Shown here in pieces: positions 27,255 to 39,225 of a DNA stretch of 64,000 nucleotides (the stretch's first letter is position 1; the number at the start of each line of letters is the position of its first letter). The notes beneath the pieces are model-generated. The model did no database searches, was not told where the DNA came from, and worked only from the letters and a program-made list of their open reading frames with translations. A program made the position numbers and the translations under genes. Source of the stretch: Podarcis filfolensis (Eukaryota); the NCBI GenBank assembly GCA_964270895.1, contig OZ185438.1; one strand, written 5' to 3'.

Positions 27255-30200
27255 TTTCTAGTGTAACTCAGTACAACTTGAAAGCGATTGTGTTGGAAAT
27301 ATATGGGTAAAACAAGACATAAGGATTAATTGTCTTTGCCTGAACCTTTTTGCAGTATGCTATGTTGTGGAAATGAAAAGTCTGTGCCTTTATTCTATAG
27401 CTGAAACAATCACCCAATTCACTATTTTTATAATTCCTTGTTTAAGGATTGTATCAGCCAATTTTCTATTTCCTAACTATTCACAGGGATTCCTGAATGA
27501 CAATAGGATCTTTATTTTTGAAGATTAAAGCATACATAGTTGGGCTGGTTCAATCCCACTTAAATCCATGGGACTTAAACAACTTGTCTACAGAATTGTA
27601 GCCATTGTTTCTTTCTATTGGCTGAACCTATAGTGTAAGTCAACACCATAACACCTTTTGGTTATGTCACAAATTTACAGTGCAATCCAGGGTATGTTTG
27701 TTCATAGTTAAGTTCCACTTTGTTCAAGAGAGTTTATTGCCAGATAAGTGTGCCATGTTTTTCATAGGGGAATCATGCAAATAACCCTAGCAAGTGATCT
27801 TACTTATTCTGCAAGTTCTGACTGCCAATAAAAGCCATGTGTCTGAGGCATAGCTAGCAAAATTTGTATCCAGTCCAGATGTTACACCCACTAAAAAGAA
27901 CCATAAATAATGACAATATTTGAAAAGATAAATCCCAAACTTCAGAGAAACACCGCCACTTAAGATTATATATATATTTTTGTTCAATTAACTCAAGAGT
28001 ATGCCTCCTCCACCCTCAATTCTCTTGTGCAGTCACAAATACTGTTTTATCAAATGAATGTGAGAACTTGCTCCAAGCATCAAAATGAATGCAGATATGT
28101 AGTTCTGCTTGCATTTAGTGTAGCACATGTCAGAATTCAAATTTCTGACTAGGTATGTAGGAGTGATATTACCTCTGCTGTGCACAAAGCTATACTTTAT
28201 ATAAATTCCCTTTGGTATCAATGGGAGGACACCCAAGTGCTCAGAGAATTAAAGATCAAATCTACGCTTTAAGATGACAGTTTCCTAGTTGAAATGTTCA
28301 GTAAATGGATAGAGCACAACACATTTTCTCAGCATATCCATCCCACTCATTTGAGATAACACCCTGCAGGATAATAAAACTGATGTTTTAAGGGAAAACT
28401 TTGGTGAAATAAAAATGAAAACTTAAGACATAGGTGTGAACATGGTTATCTTTAAATACACGAAGAAGCAAATAAAATTAAGTAATAATTTCATCTTTTT
28501 CTTCCAGCAAAAAAAAAAAAAAAAGCATTTCAAAAGCTTGTTTGGAAAACGCTCATTTTGCCCCATCAAAATATGTGCTATTCTGCCTTTGTCATGTTTC
28601 CATTTGTTATGTGCAGTGTCTACCTGAGTATGTTTAACTGCATCTTTAAAATTGCCAAGTAGTACTCCATATCTTGAAAAAATATTTGGATGCAAAAACA
28701 AAATCCTAGGATTCTAAACAAGGCACACACTAACTCATGAGCCAATAATCACATTACACATATGAAATGGGTCCACACACTGAACGTCATCCTGCTCGTC
28801 CCACCTTAAATGTCAGAAAGCTTCCTAGTTCTCACTCTTTATGTTTGCTCATGGGCATCTAAGCAAGGTGACCAAAGGGTGTATATCTCTGCATGCAAAG
28901 GGTTCCATTGCCTAGATACCCATTCAAATGTGTGAATGTCATGTAGCAGAGCCTTTATTTATTTATTCCTACCCCACAGCATTTGAAATTCACCAGGCAC
29001 ATTTTATACCTGGCTATTAGCCAAGTAATGACCAAGTAAAGATGCCCAGGCACCAGAATGGTACCTGACGTCTCCACCATCTGGAGGTGCATGCTGGGGA
29101 TTTCTTGGATCCTGACTGTTTTCACACACTAGCAACACATTCTGTAGAATCCTACCCATTATATTTTATCTCCACAATTAGAATGAATTTCAGGAACCTA
29201 AAGGTCGTATTGAAAATGACTTTCGAACCGTCTGGCCCCAAATGGCAATGAGGCATTTCGTTTTGACGATTGTCAACTTAGTTTAAGGAGCCATTTAGCA
29301 CCTAGCTTATATATCTGAGTTTCTAGCACTGCTACCCCACCTTTGTCCATGACAGAACTCAAGGTAGCTTAGCTTACAGATAAAAATAGAGTCATGGAAG
29401 TCACAACACTTTGATAGTATGTCTGAAGTGAGTTACTGTCATTATGTATTTTAGCACCGTCTGCAGGAGGTATACACACAATACATGAACAAGTGGTGGC
29501 AGGAAATACAAAGATGGCTTAACAGCCCATCCAAAGCTCTGCCTGGCTCTACCCACAGGGCAGAAGCAAGGATGGAGGGATGTTCCTATATCCATTCACA
29601 TATCATGTGAATAGTATTCATTTTCTCTCCCATTGTTTCCCATGGAGAGATTTAGCGCCTGTTCAGAAGTGTGTTTAAATCTTCCACCCGTTCGTGGTGT
29701 GTTGTTGGTATGTATGTTGGTATGTTGGGCATTCTATCATTCAGATCCAAGCCACTTCCTAGCACACACCCCTTTTGGCTCTACTGCAATCAATGCCAGT
29801 TGGATAAGTAGCTGGGACAGTTGGGGAAGGAGGCTTTGATATCAGAACTCCCTCTCCAATGCCAGAGGGAAAGATGCAACCTATCACATGGCCCCCAGGG
29901 ATGCCCTTACTGCAGACGCTCTTAGTTGACCCAGGGTATCCAATAATGATCATGCCTCTTGACCCATTCAACACATATATAGTTTACAGCTCCCTCCTAG
30001 TTGCCAGAACTTTTTTAGGAGGTTCACCTTACATGAAAACCATGTGCCTAGCAGGCAAATCAAGCCATGCTATAAATTCCTTAATTTGAAGACAAGACAG
30101 TTTGTTTATCCACCAGCTGAGACCCAAATTGATCAGAATAACACTGGCACACAAAATTAATATAGCTTCCCAAGAGCTGTAGCAGGAAGATTATGGGCCA

Positions 30201-30583
30201 ATGTTGCAGATAAACCCCGAAGTTACCAGCCAGGTAAGACCCTAGTACCCTGTGTTTTCATTGTGGCTGTGAAGTACTACTGTCTTACCCTTCTCTGCAG
30301 ACAGAAAGGATACTAGCTTCATAGCAAGCTATATTCCTGCCCACAGTATTGCAGAGGGGCAGAGAGATACAGCCCTTCACTGCCAGCCTGATCATTCACC
30401 TGTATGAATTCCTTGCTACCAGATGTTACTCTGTCACTAAACAAATGCACATATGTGGGATGGGGTATCTTCAATATGGCTGGCTGTGCCCCTAAACCTA
30501 CACCAATTCATTTTACTATATCAAATGACACTTATGGGCATACACTTTTCTCCAAGGGCAGCATTTGTGCATTAGTGTAAGTA

Positions 30584-30814
30584 CAGTGGTACCTCAGGTT
30601 ACATACACTTCAGGTTACATACGCTTCAGGTTACAGACTCCGCTAACCCAGAAATAGTGCTTCAGGTTAAAAACTTTGCTTCAGGATGAGAACAGAAATC
30701 GGGCTCTGGCGGCACGGCAGCAGCAGGAGGCCCCATTAGCTAAAGTGGTGCTTCAGGTTAAGAACAGTTTCAGGTTAAGTACGGACCTCCGGAACTTAAC
30801 CTGAGGCACCACTG
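30584..30814 (+). mobile_element. pogo/Tigger-like MITE (GGTTA subfamily)
   Basis: TA|CAGTGGTACCTCAGG...CTGAGGCACCACTG|TA. Confidence 0.92.
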
Positions 30815-32570
30815 TATTAGCGCCAATGCAACGAGATCCCCTCTCCTCCTTCATGGATCCTGAGCCATCCCCAAATCCGCTCCAGAGGATTGGGGGGAAA
30901 TCCTGAGCAGTTGGGGGGTGGGCTCCAAAGCCAGGGGGAGGAGACAAGCAGAACATTCTGTTGTGCAAGAAGAAATCACCTTAGAGCCATACTGAATACA
31001 ACCCATGTAACGAGGAACTCTGCCCCTCCCCCTCCTATGTACTTTTATAAATATGAACTCATCTGATGGCAGGTTTTATTTGGTGTTCGCCACCTTAAGC
31101 AGTGCTAGGCACCAAGAGGTTGGGATCTACTGTACAAAATACACAGAGTAATGTATGAAAGGGCCTTTTAAGTCGAAACAAATGGCAGCGGTTGTTTATG
31201 TCAGGTGCCCTCTCTTACAGAGTATTTCACATCAGATTTCCCCATGTGTCATATGGCACTGTAATCATATCCTCTCCTCCCCTGTGTCCCTTCTCCTTCC
31301 TCTCCCACTGCAGCCAATGCCTGCTAACAAAACCATCTACGCAGATCAGATGCAAACATCCCTCAAGAGGGGAAATTTGGGGAAGAAAGTCATGTCCAAG
31401 TGAAGGACTCCCTTGGTCCCGGTCCTGTTTAAGATTCTACAGATTATCTGCCTTTAAAAAGGAATACACATTCCAGCTCATCACGTGAGCAATACTAAAA
31501 TGCTTTAGATATCATGAAACCCGAGTAGCTGAACAGAAGAACAAGCCCACAGTTGCAAGCCATGTTTAATATTAACAGGAGCTTGGATGGAATTTGCAAG
31601 CGAACTGTAGGAAGAGCGCGCACACTCAGTATAAGCATAAAGAGCTATAAACATACATCAACTTACATAATTACTTCACACACAACACTTGTGAAAGCAA
31701 GCATCAAAGTTACTTGCAACATAAGGTTATGACTGATGCACTGCTTAAACAGCATATTATTCAGTTAAACAGGCTGAACGCTCAATGATGTCGCCAGGAC
31801 TCAGAGCAATTTACATGCAAATATTTTTGTTCAAAGGGTTTGTGGGTTGCAAACTCAGAGTAGTTTCTGGGATAAACAAGACCACACACTGTTTACAAAA
31901 CCAGTTCAGCTTTTTGCCACCAGACAGATTTGGGCAAAATCCAGACTACTGGCAGATAAACAGAGACCAAACAGCAGACTTCTCCACATTGGGTTTGACA
32001 GTTCTCAAGCACCGCTGGGCACCTGCCTGCTTCTCAACTGCCATCTGCAAAAAGCTTGTTCTGTTTCTCTCTGATAAAAAGTACTGGGGAAGCTTTCCGG
32101 ATACGAAAACAGGAAGACATCAAGCCCAGATCGTGTTAAGAAGTGAGCCTGGACGCCAAAGAAACAAACTGTTTCCTGGGCATGAGGTGCGCCCATCCAT
32201 GCTTGTGGAGATGGCACAGTGTTAGCAGCTGGCAGCATCCTCTGGGGCTCTGCCCTGGGGAAGGAAAGCAGTAGCAACAGCTTTCCGGTTGCCTTGGCTC
32301 TCAGAGAGAATGATCTCCAAAAGGAGCGACACCGCAAGGTTGTATTTCACTACCTGGTCTAGGGAGCGCCCCAGAGGTATGGCATTGTGAGCACAGAGGT
32401 GACCAGAATTACGTATCGCGAGGGCGCTAAAAAAAGGGGGGGTGTCCCTTGCCAGTCAGAGACGCCTCTTAAACCTGGTGGGTGGTCATGGGGGCAGCTG
32501 CGGCTGCAGACGAGCACGTTCTATCCCCCCTTCCTTTGTTTTTCATTGGCTGGCGCCCAGCCTCACTCAC

Positions 32571-32757
32571 CAACAGTGGCTAAGGTCTCCAGATCCTCCA
32601 GTCGATAAGCGGGCGAGTCCGGCGCCGGGTGCGCCGGAGAGCCTCGGCCAGCAGGACTGGAAGACGGCGCGGGCTGGGGCTCGCCGGTGCCGCCCGCCTC
32701 GCAGCCGCCGGGGCTCCTGGCCCCTACTTTCGCCCGCACGGCGCTCAGCGTCTCCAT
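32571..32757 (-). CDS. PRKX: PRKX coding exon 1 (62 codons + 1 nt)
   Basis: ATG at 32757 opens METLSAVRAK...PAYRLEDLETLATV(G), resembling human ...VYSLQDFDTLATVG. The donor is G|GTGAGT at 32571/32570 (phase 1), which joins exon 2 to make GGG (Gly). An in-frame TGA lies at 32797-32799 upstream of the ATG. Confidence 0.95.
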
Positions 32758-32852
32758 GGGGCGGCGAGGGGAGGGAGGAAGAAAAGGCGCGCCCTGTCAA
32801 GGCAAAAGGGCGAAGTTTGGGGCGCCGGCGCCGGCCCGGCCTCCTTCCCTCT

Positions 32853-32936
32853 TCAGCAGCTGCCGCTGCCCCGAGCCCGGCCCGGGTGTCGGAGGAGCCT
32901 CTCGGCAGCTGCAAAGCGGCGGCTGGCGCCCCGCAT
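32853..32936 (-). other. Candidate upstream ORF (27 aa) in the PRKX 5' leader
   Basis: ATG at 32936 gives MRGASRRFAAAERLLRHPGRARGSGSC*, stopping ~96 nt before the PRKX ATG. It is only a uORF if the TSS lies upstream of 32936. Confidence 0.5.
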
Positions 32937-35900
32937 CGCGCCCGGGCGCAGCTTCTTGGCTTGCCTGGTTGCGTGTGCGTGATGTGCGCGCGCGCTCGCC
33001 TCGCTCTCTGGAGACCGGTCGTGCGCCTTCGCTCCTCGCGCGCTTCCCGCCGGCGCCTCAGCGCAGACAATGGGGCTTGCCCGAGTCTCGCTCTCTGCCT
33101 CACTCGCCCGCCCGCCAGCCAGCCAGCCGGTCGGTCGGTCGCACGCGGGGATGAGAGGGCGGGGCTTGGCTTCCTGCAGCTGCGGCAAGAGCCGGAGAGA
33201 GGGCGGGGCGCGCGGGCGAGGCGAGAGAGAAAAGCGGGAGGAGGAGGAGGAGCAACAAACGACCGGCTGGAGGGAGCTGCTGCTTGAAATTTACAACGAA
33301 AACACGCCGCAGCGCTGCTGCCTGCCTTTTGCACATGGCCCTTGCAGCTGCTGACGCGGTCTCCCCCTGCCCTCCTTTTTAAAATAAACCTGTCAGAAGC
33401 TGAAGGGCGAGGGGTGCCCCCCCCACGCACACCCCGGCTCTTTTCGTGCACCTTTCTCGGTGCTTTGGAGGAGCTGTGGGAATTTCTGAGAAGCGCGCGC
33501 TTCTCTTCCCCTTAGGTTTAGACGCCGCCAGTTGCATTTTCTTTGATTGGTCTTCAAGGCAATCCTCCCGCCCCCGTCTGAGGGTGGGAGACCTCATTAC
33601 CTCAGTGGCTATTGGACAAAGAGGTGTGCGTGGGCGGAGCCAAGGGAGGCAGGCGGGGCAGCTGCTCCCCCCCCCCCATCAAGTAAATCAATAAAAGTAC
33701 TTAAACTAACTGAGGCTCTTCGTCCCCCAACTTAAAACCCGGCTACACCCATGGAAGGTGTTAAAGCACAATTATTTTAGCTCTGCATTTTGACCCTCAA
33801 AGCCATTTTTCGCGATGTCCATTGGGTGTTTCCACTGCTCAAGCCAGCTTCAATGCTGGAAGCCTGGCATAATAAAAAGGGGTTTATAAATAGATTATAT
33901 ATAAATTTACCTGCTGCTTAATAGGGGCAATTTCACCAGGCAATTTGCTCACATTGTAAGAAAATGGTCATGAGGATTAGGCCTGAATTACAGCTGCCAT
34001 GCAGTGAATTATTGTTAATTGGGGCTATTAGCAGTAAATATTTGAATCAAGGCCACTGGCTAACTATGGCTGATTTTTCTTGACTAATAGCCACAGATTT
34101 GTCAATGTGTGCTTTTGGGGAGGGATAGTGATAGAATGTTCAAATGTGCAGGGAGCAACAAAAATAGTGCAATGGGAGGAAATGAAGCTATTTAAAATGA
34201 AATTTAAAAACACAGCACCACGTTTTCCAAAGCTTGAAGTAAGGGGTTGAAGGTTAGGTCTGAAAACCGGTTTGCTCAGTCCTATTTGCTCAACCTATGC
34301 ATGCCCCTAATATAGATTTGAAACCTAGAACAAAAGGTAAGCCCTAAACTCCATCCAAATTTCCATATTGCAGAAGTATGGTGGGGGAATCTTGATTTGT
34401 TGAGTATTATACAGTGTGTATATGTATATATATATATATATATATAAAATATGTGTTGTTGTGTGCTAATGCAATTTTCATGAGGAGCAGTAATCTTGAT
34501 AATGCAAATGTTCATAAATATTTAAAGATGCCTCTCACCCTAGTAATTGATTGTACCTAATGAGCAAAGGTCATTCTACATACAGTGAAACTAATAGGAT
34601 GAAGCCAGGATTGCAGCAAACAAGTTTTCAGGAAGTGGTGCCTGAATTACACCACAGTTAAATAGGCAAATAACATAACCATTTTAAATCCAAGCATAAA
34701 TAAAAGAATAAGATGTGCTATGTTTCATTCTTCAACAAGGTTTTATTCTGGTAACATAACTTCTGTTTACTTTACTTAGGTAACTCCTAGTTTCCCTTTA
34801 GTCATCCATATATACATTCTGTGTTTCACCCTGTAATCTCAGTATGTAAAATACCAGACAAGACAGAATAAAGTGGGTGTCTCTGCTGGCTTCTAATGTG
34901 TTGGATTGAAAACTTTAGTTTGAGTTGGAAAATGGCTAAGAGGTTGTTATGGTCTGCTCCCAGTTTAGGTGGAGCTCAGCCAGTTAAGAAACAAAATGTG
35001 TTCCTCTGACTTTTATTGATGTCATACCAAGTGAAATTAAAAATGGCACTTTGCGGGGGTGGGGGGCTCTAAGACACATTAACAGTTCATGTAATCATCC
35101 AGCCAGTTTGACTGGAGGCAGTGTTGACCGACACCATTTCTGTATCACAGACTCCTTTCTTGCCATATAAGATCTTAGAGGAATTATTTCAGTTATTTGT
35201 TCACTACTACTGATTTGGCTGGGTCTGCTTGTACCCGCTACAACTATACCATTGGATATCTGGGGCATTTGTGTAAACAACTGTAGAATTGCTCCCAAGA
35301 CCACTAAGGAGACCTACTGCCTGAGATGCCATGATCTAATAAAAAACTGCAACTAGCCCTATTGTAAACATTCAGTATGCAAAAGCTTTTCTGCGTGTGT
35401 GAAATCACACTTAGCTGAAGTCAACAGGAAGAGCACTGCTCAAGAATGTCAATTGCTACGGGCAAGCCAGGCCAAAGTGTAGTACTATTAACTGCCACTG
35501 AATTAAACTAGCAGACTTAACCACCTGCTTAAATATTTCCTATTGTAATAATTTTAAAATTGCTTTATTTTGGATAGATTGTGCGCTGTGTATTTCATTG
35601 CTGTCATTTATATAAAGGCAATAAAATATTATTTGTTTTTATCAGTCTGACTTTTCTGGCTGGAAATTTTCAAAATCGTTTTTTTCTTTTTCATACGTAA
35701 TGGTTTTCCAATATGACTCATGTTTTAACAAGCCTCCTTCTATGACACAGACGTTTGCATTCCGCTGAACTGGAGGCAGAAGCCCAAATAGTTGCAATGA
35801 ATCAATAGAAGAGCCTTCAGTCTCCATGTGGTGTCCTAACAGCATCCTGTTACAATATCTTTTTTCATCAGACAAATAAGAATGATAATATGCTGGTTCC

Positions 35901-36861
35901 CATAGACCAGATCATCTGCACATGTGTCACAGCTTACAGAAGCTTGTGCAGCAGGCATAGCAGGCTAGTTGCCCAGAAGGAATTGCTAGTTGTCCCAAGT
36001 AAATAATTAACTGCAAGGCTAGCACTGCAATTCTGTTAAGTACATACTTGAGAGTAGGCTTTCCTGAACAAAGTGGAGCTTACTTCTATATAAACAAACA
36101 CAGAACTGGGCTGCACAACTGCAGTTCTATGCATGTTTGCTTAAGAGTATTTTCCTCTGAGTTCAGTGGGTCAGTCGTACCTCCAGGTAAAACATGAACT
36201 TTGGGCTGCATTTTCATAAAATACATAACTCAGCCTTGCATTTAAACATGCAAATGGTAGCCATAAACTAGGAAGTGGGAACCTCCAGACCATGGGTTGA
36301 ATAAAGCCTGCCAGTGGTCCTAGTTTGGCCCATAAGACAATTTCCCTCACCACATCCATCTGCCCCACAGCTGGCATTATATGACATCATTTGGAGCATA
36401 GGGTTTGCATTCAGCACCTTTTGAATTTGGTGCCAAATGCAAGCATTGCCGGGATTGGTTCTATGCAGGAGGTTCTGCATCTTTTTTATTTCTGTGCCAG
36501 CTGCAAGTCCCATCGAGATCGACTCCACTTAGCAGCTCCTGGGTGGAGCCTGCTGAAAGCAAGAGTTACATTTTGCTTTTGGCAGCAATTTGTGGAGTGG
36601 AAACTTGAATTCAAGCCATGACTGCAAAGGAAGAAAGGAACAATTGGGAGAACGCTCTTAGAGTGTGCTCCCAATTCTTCCTTTGAATGGAATCATTGAT
36701 ACCATAGGAGCCATCCATCTGTCCAAAGTGATCTGTGGAGGGTGGGACAGTTCTGTCACCACTAGATTTGCCTAGTGAGGGTGGGCATACCTGTCAATGC
36801 TGAGAACTCTGCCACTGACAATGGCTGATGTCTATCACAAACTTAGATACTGTATTATGTG

Positions 36862-37528
36862 AAGATGGGGAGAAATTCAATGGGGAGAAATTCAATGCAG
36901 TCCACATTTATAGGTAACTCTGCCAAATTCACATCTTCCAAAACACTATGAAAATCAAAGCAGTCATCCTCTAAAACTTGACTTAATCTGAATTTTGCAA
37001 TGCAGTTTTCAAACCAGTATTTACAAAATGCATGTACAGTGGTACCTCGGGTTACATATGCTTCAGGTTACAGACTCTGCTAACCCAGAAATAGTACCTC
37101 AGGTTAAGAACTTTGCTTCAGGATGAGAACAGAAATCATGCTCCGGCGGCACAGCAGCAGCGGAAGGCCCCGTTAGCTAAAGTGGTGCTTCAAGTTAAGA
37201 ACAGTTTCAGGTTAAGAACGGACCTCCGGAACAAATTAAGTACTTAACCCGAGATACCACTGTATTAGCAGAAAGCATGCATAAACAAATCACTCGAGAG
37301 CATACAAAAATGCTTGTAGTCTCAGGAAAATTGCTAGCAAAAATATGCATATTGGTTAAAACTGCATACAAAACTGGGTTTATTAGGAGAAAGTCAAACT
37401 AAAGTGCTGATGAATGTTCATTCCTTTTTTTAAAATGGCAAGTTGCTGTAGAAATGTGAAGAACTAAATTTAAGATTGGGAAAAATTAGAAACTGGAGAA
37501 TGGAAATTGGCAGATCCTTCCATTCCTA
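36862..37528 (+). mobile_element. Non-autonomous TAGGGATG-type hAT element with nested pogo MITE
   Basis: Similar to the reverse complement of 43129-43533; right end ...cattccta. Confidence 0.65.
37037..37262 (+). mobile_element. pogo/Tigger-like MITE (GGTTA subfamily)
   Basis: TA|CAGTGGTACCTCGGG...CCCGAGATACCACTG|TA. Confidence 0.92.
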
Positions 37529-38977
37529 GTTGTGAGCCTCTCTAGCTCCTGGATTCCTGCCTGTCATTTTCAAAGGCATTACATTAGTTTTCAATATCAT
37601 ACGTTTTCTGATTGCATCCAATTCAAATATCTTAAGAACAGGGGTACATTATTCAAAACTTATCTGCTTATTGACCTACACCAACCATATTGCTACTCTC
37701 CAGAGTTAGTAAAAGTTACATTTGCTTTCTTACTGAAAATGGGAGAGAAATGTCATCTCAGTTTCTTAACAAATATGTATATGAGGGAATCCCTGACTTA
37801 TCCTTTTTTGACTGTGTGCCTAGTTGAACAGTGAAGTATCAAGGCCAATGGACCTGTCTTGACATTTGAACTCATTGTCAAACAGGCTGTTATTTGTTTG
37901 GAAATCAATGAGGTTCACATGATTGTACAACGTGGGGACCATGGTGAAGTTTCTTTTCATATATATAAGGAAGAAGGATGGGGAGCGGACTGTATGGTGT
38001 TTCTATTTGTGACTCTGCGTTGTTTGACTTCTGTGATTCATGAGTTATGTCAAGTTTACCATCCAATTTATCATATAAACACAACCACTAGACTCTGGAC
38101 CTTGTTCAAACATACGCACGAGATTAATGAGTCAGAGTTTCTTCTGCAGATGGCAATTGTGCTAGTCCAGAGTTTACATATGATTTCAATTAATCACATT
38201 TTATTTTCTAATTTAGTGTTCATTTTGCTTTAAAACCGCCTTAACGTTGACAAAAATGAAGATAAATTTTATAACATTTCTTGTGACTATTTCCTCATTT
38301 TAGTATTTATTGTATAAATTTTGTTAGTGTGTGAATTAGGGTGAAAGGACGAATACTTTGAACGATATAATATTCATGAGATATGCGGGCACAGGCAACT
38401 TCTTCAATTACTTGTCAACTCAGTATGCATTGACTTTTTTTTTTTTAGAATTAGCTAGTCTAGTAAGAATTGTTTTTTGATGGGTTTGTAGATTGAGTTG
38501 AGAACACATATCTATATAATGTTCTGTATGCCTGTATTACTGCATGCCCTCTTCTACTGAACCACTTTGCAAGCACAGGTTGGAACAATCTTTATTCGAA
38601 AAAAACTCCTATACTGTCCTTTATTATCTATTGCAAGGCAGTGTGCAATGTATTAAAACAATGTGCAGCCATCAGCAAAAACAAACAGCATAAAACAACA
38701 GCAGAAGGGGATTACTCAAAAGCACTTAAAAAAACTTTAAGGCCCTAGGTAAGCACTAGGTGAACCCCACAGATGGAGTTCTGCATGTGGGGTCTCACAG
38801 CCCAACAAGAGAAAAGCTATGATATAAAAAATCTGAAAGGAAGGGAGACTTAATAGTCTGGAGGGAACATTTAACATCCAAGAATAATGTCCTCAGCTTC
38901 CCCTATTAAGAATTGCAGTGGTTAAAAAAATAGTATAGCTGACAGAATAAGCAGGCCTGCAAGTATTTGTACCAACG

Positions 38978-39225
38978 GCAGTCAGGTCGTGTATCCATAA
39001 CAGTGACCAGAAAAGGAATGACCACTGTGAGGGGCACAGAGAGAAGAAACGCCATGGTGCATCTGCACCAACACAACCAGCTGCCTCCATCTGCCCTAGC
39101 TGTAACAAAGCATCTCTCTCCCATAGCTCTCTCTACAGCCACAGCTGGTGCTTCAACCTTCTGACGGTTTGACTTCACCCCTTAAAGGTGCACTCCTCCT
39201 GAGACAGTCAGATGCCAACAACAAC
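38978..39225 (+). mobile_element. RTE-clade LINE 3' end
   Basis: Translates AVRSCIHNSDQKRNDHCEGHREKKRHGASAPTQPAASICPSCNKASLSHSSLYSHSWC (C2H2-like terminus), followed by a short 3'UTR and a (CAA)n tail. Confidence 0.75.

Larger units (their letters stand above)
32380..33680. promoter_or_regulatory. CpG island / PRKX promoter and 5' leader
   Basis: Very GC- and CpG-rich against an AT-rich background. GC boxes at ~33158, ~33203, 33567, 33632 and 33652; CCAAT (ATTGG) at 33546 and 33611; (GC)n NRF1-like run at ~32986. Confidence 0.9.

Noticed and set aside
199-32570. Recursive splice site or extra PRKX exon in intron 1
   Set aside because: I found no convincing polypyrimidine-AG|GTRAG motif by eye. 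This cannot be excluded without RNA-seq.
32442-33451. Long ORFs of 281, 294, 155 and 117 aa on both strands
   Set aside because: These are low-complexity Arg/Ala/Pro frames expected in a CpG island, where stops are scarce. Several use non-ATG starts and they overlap the real PRKX exon 1.
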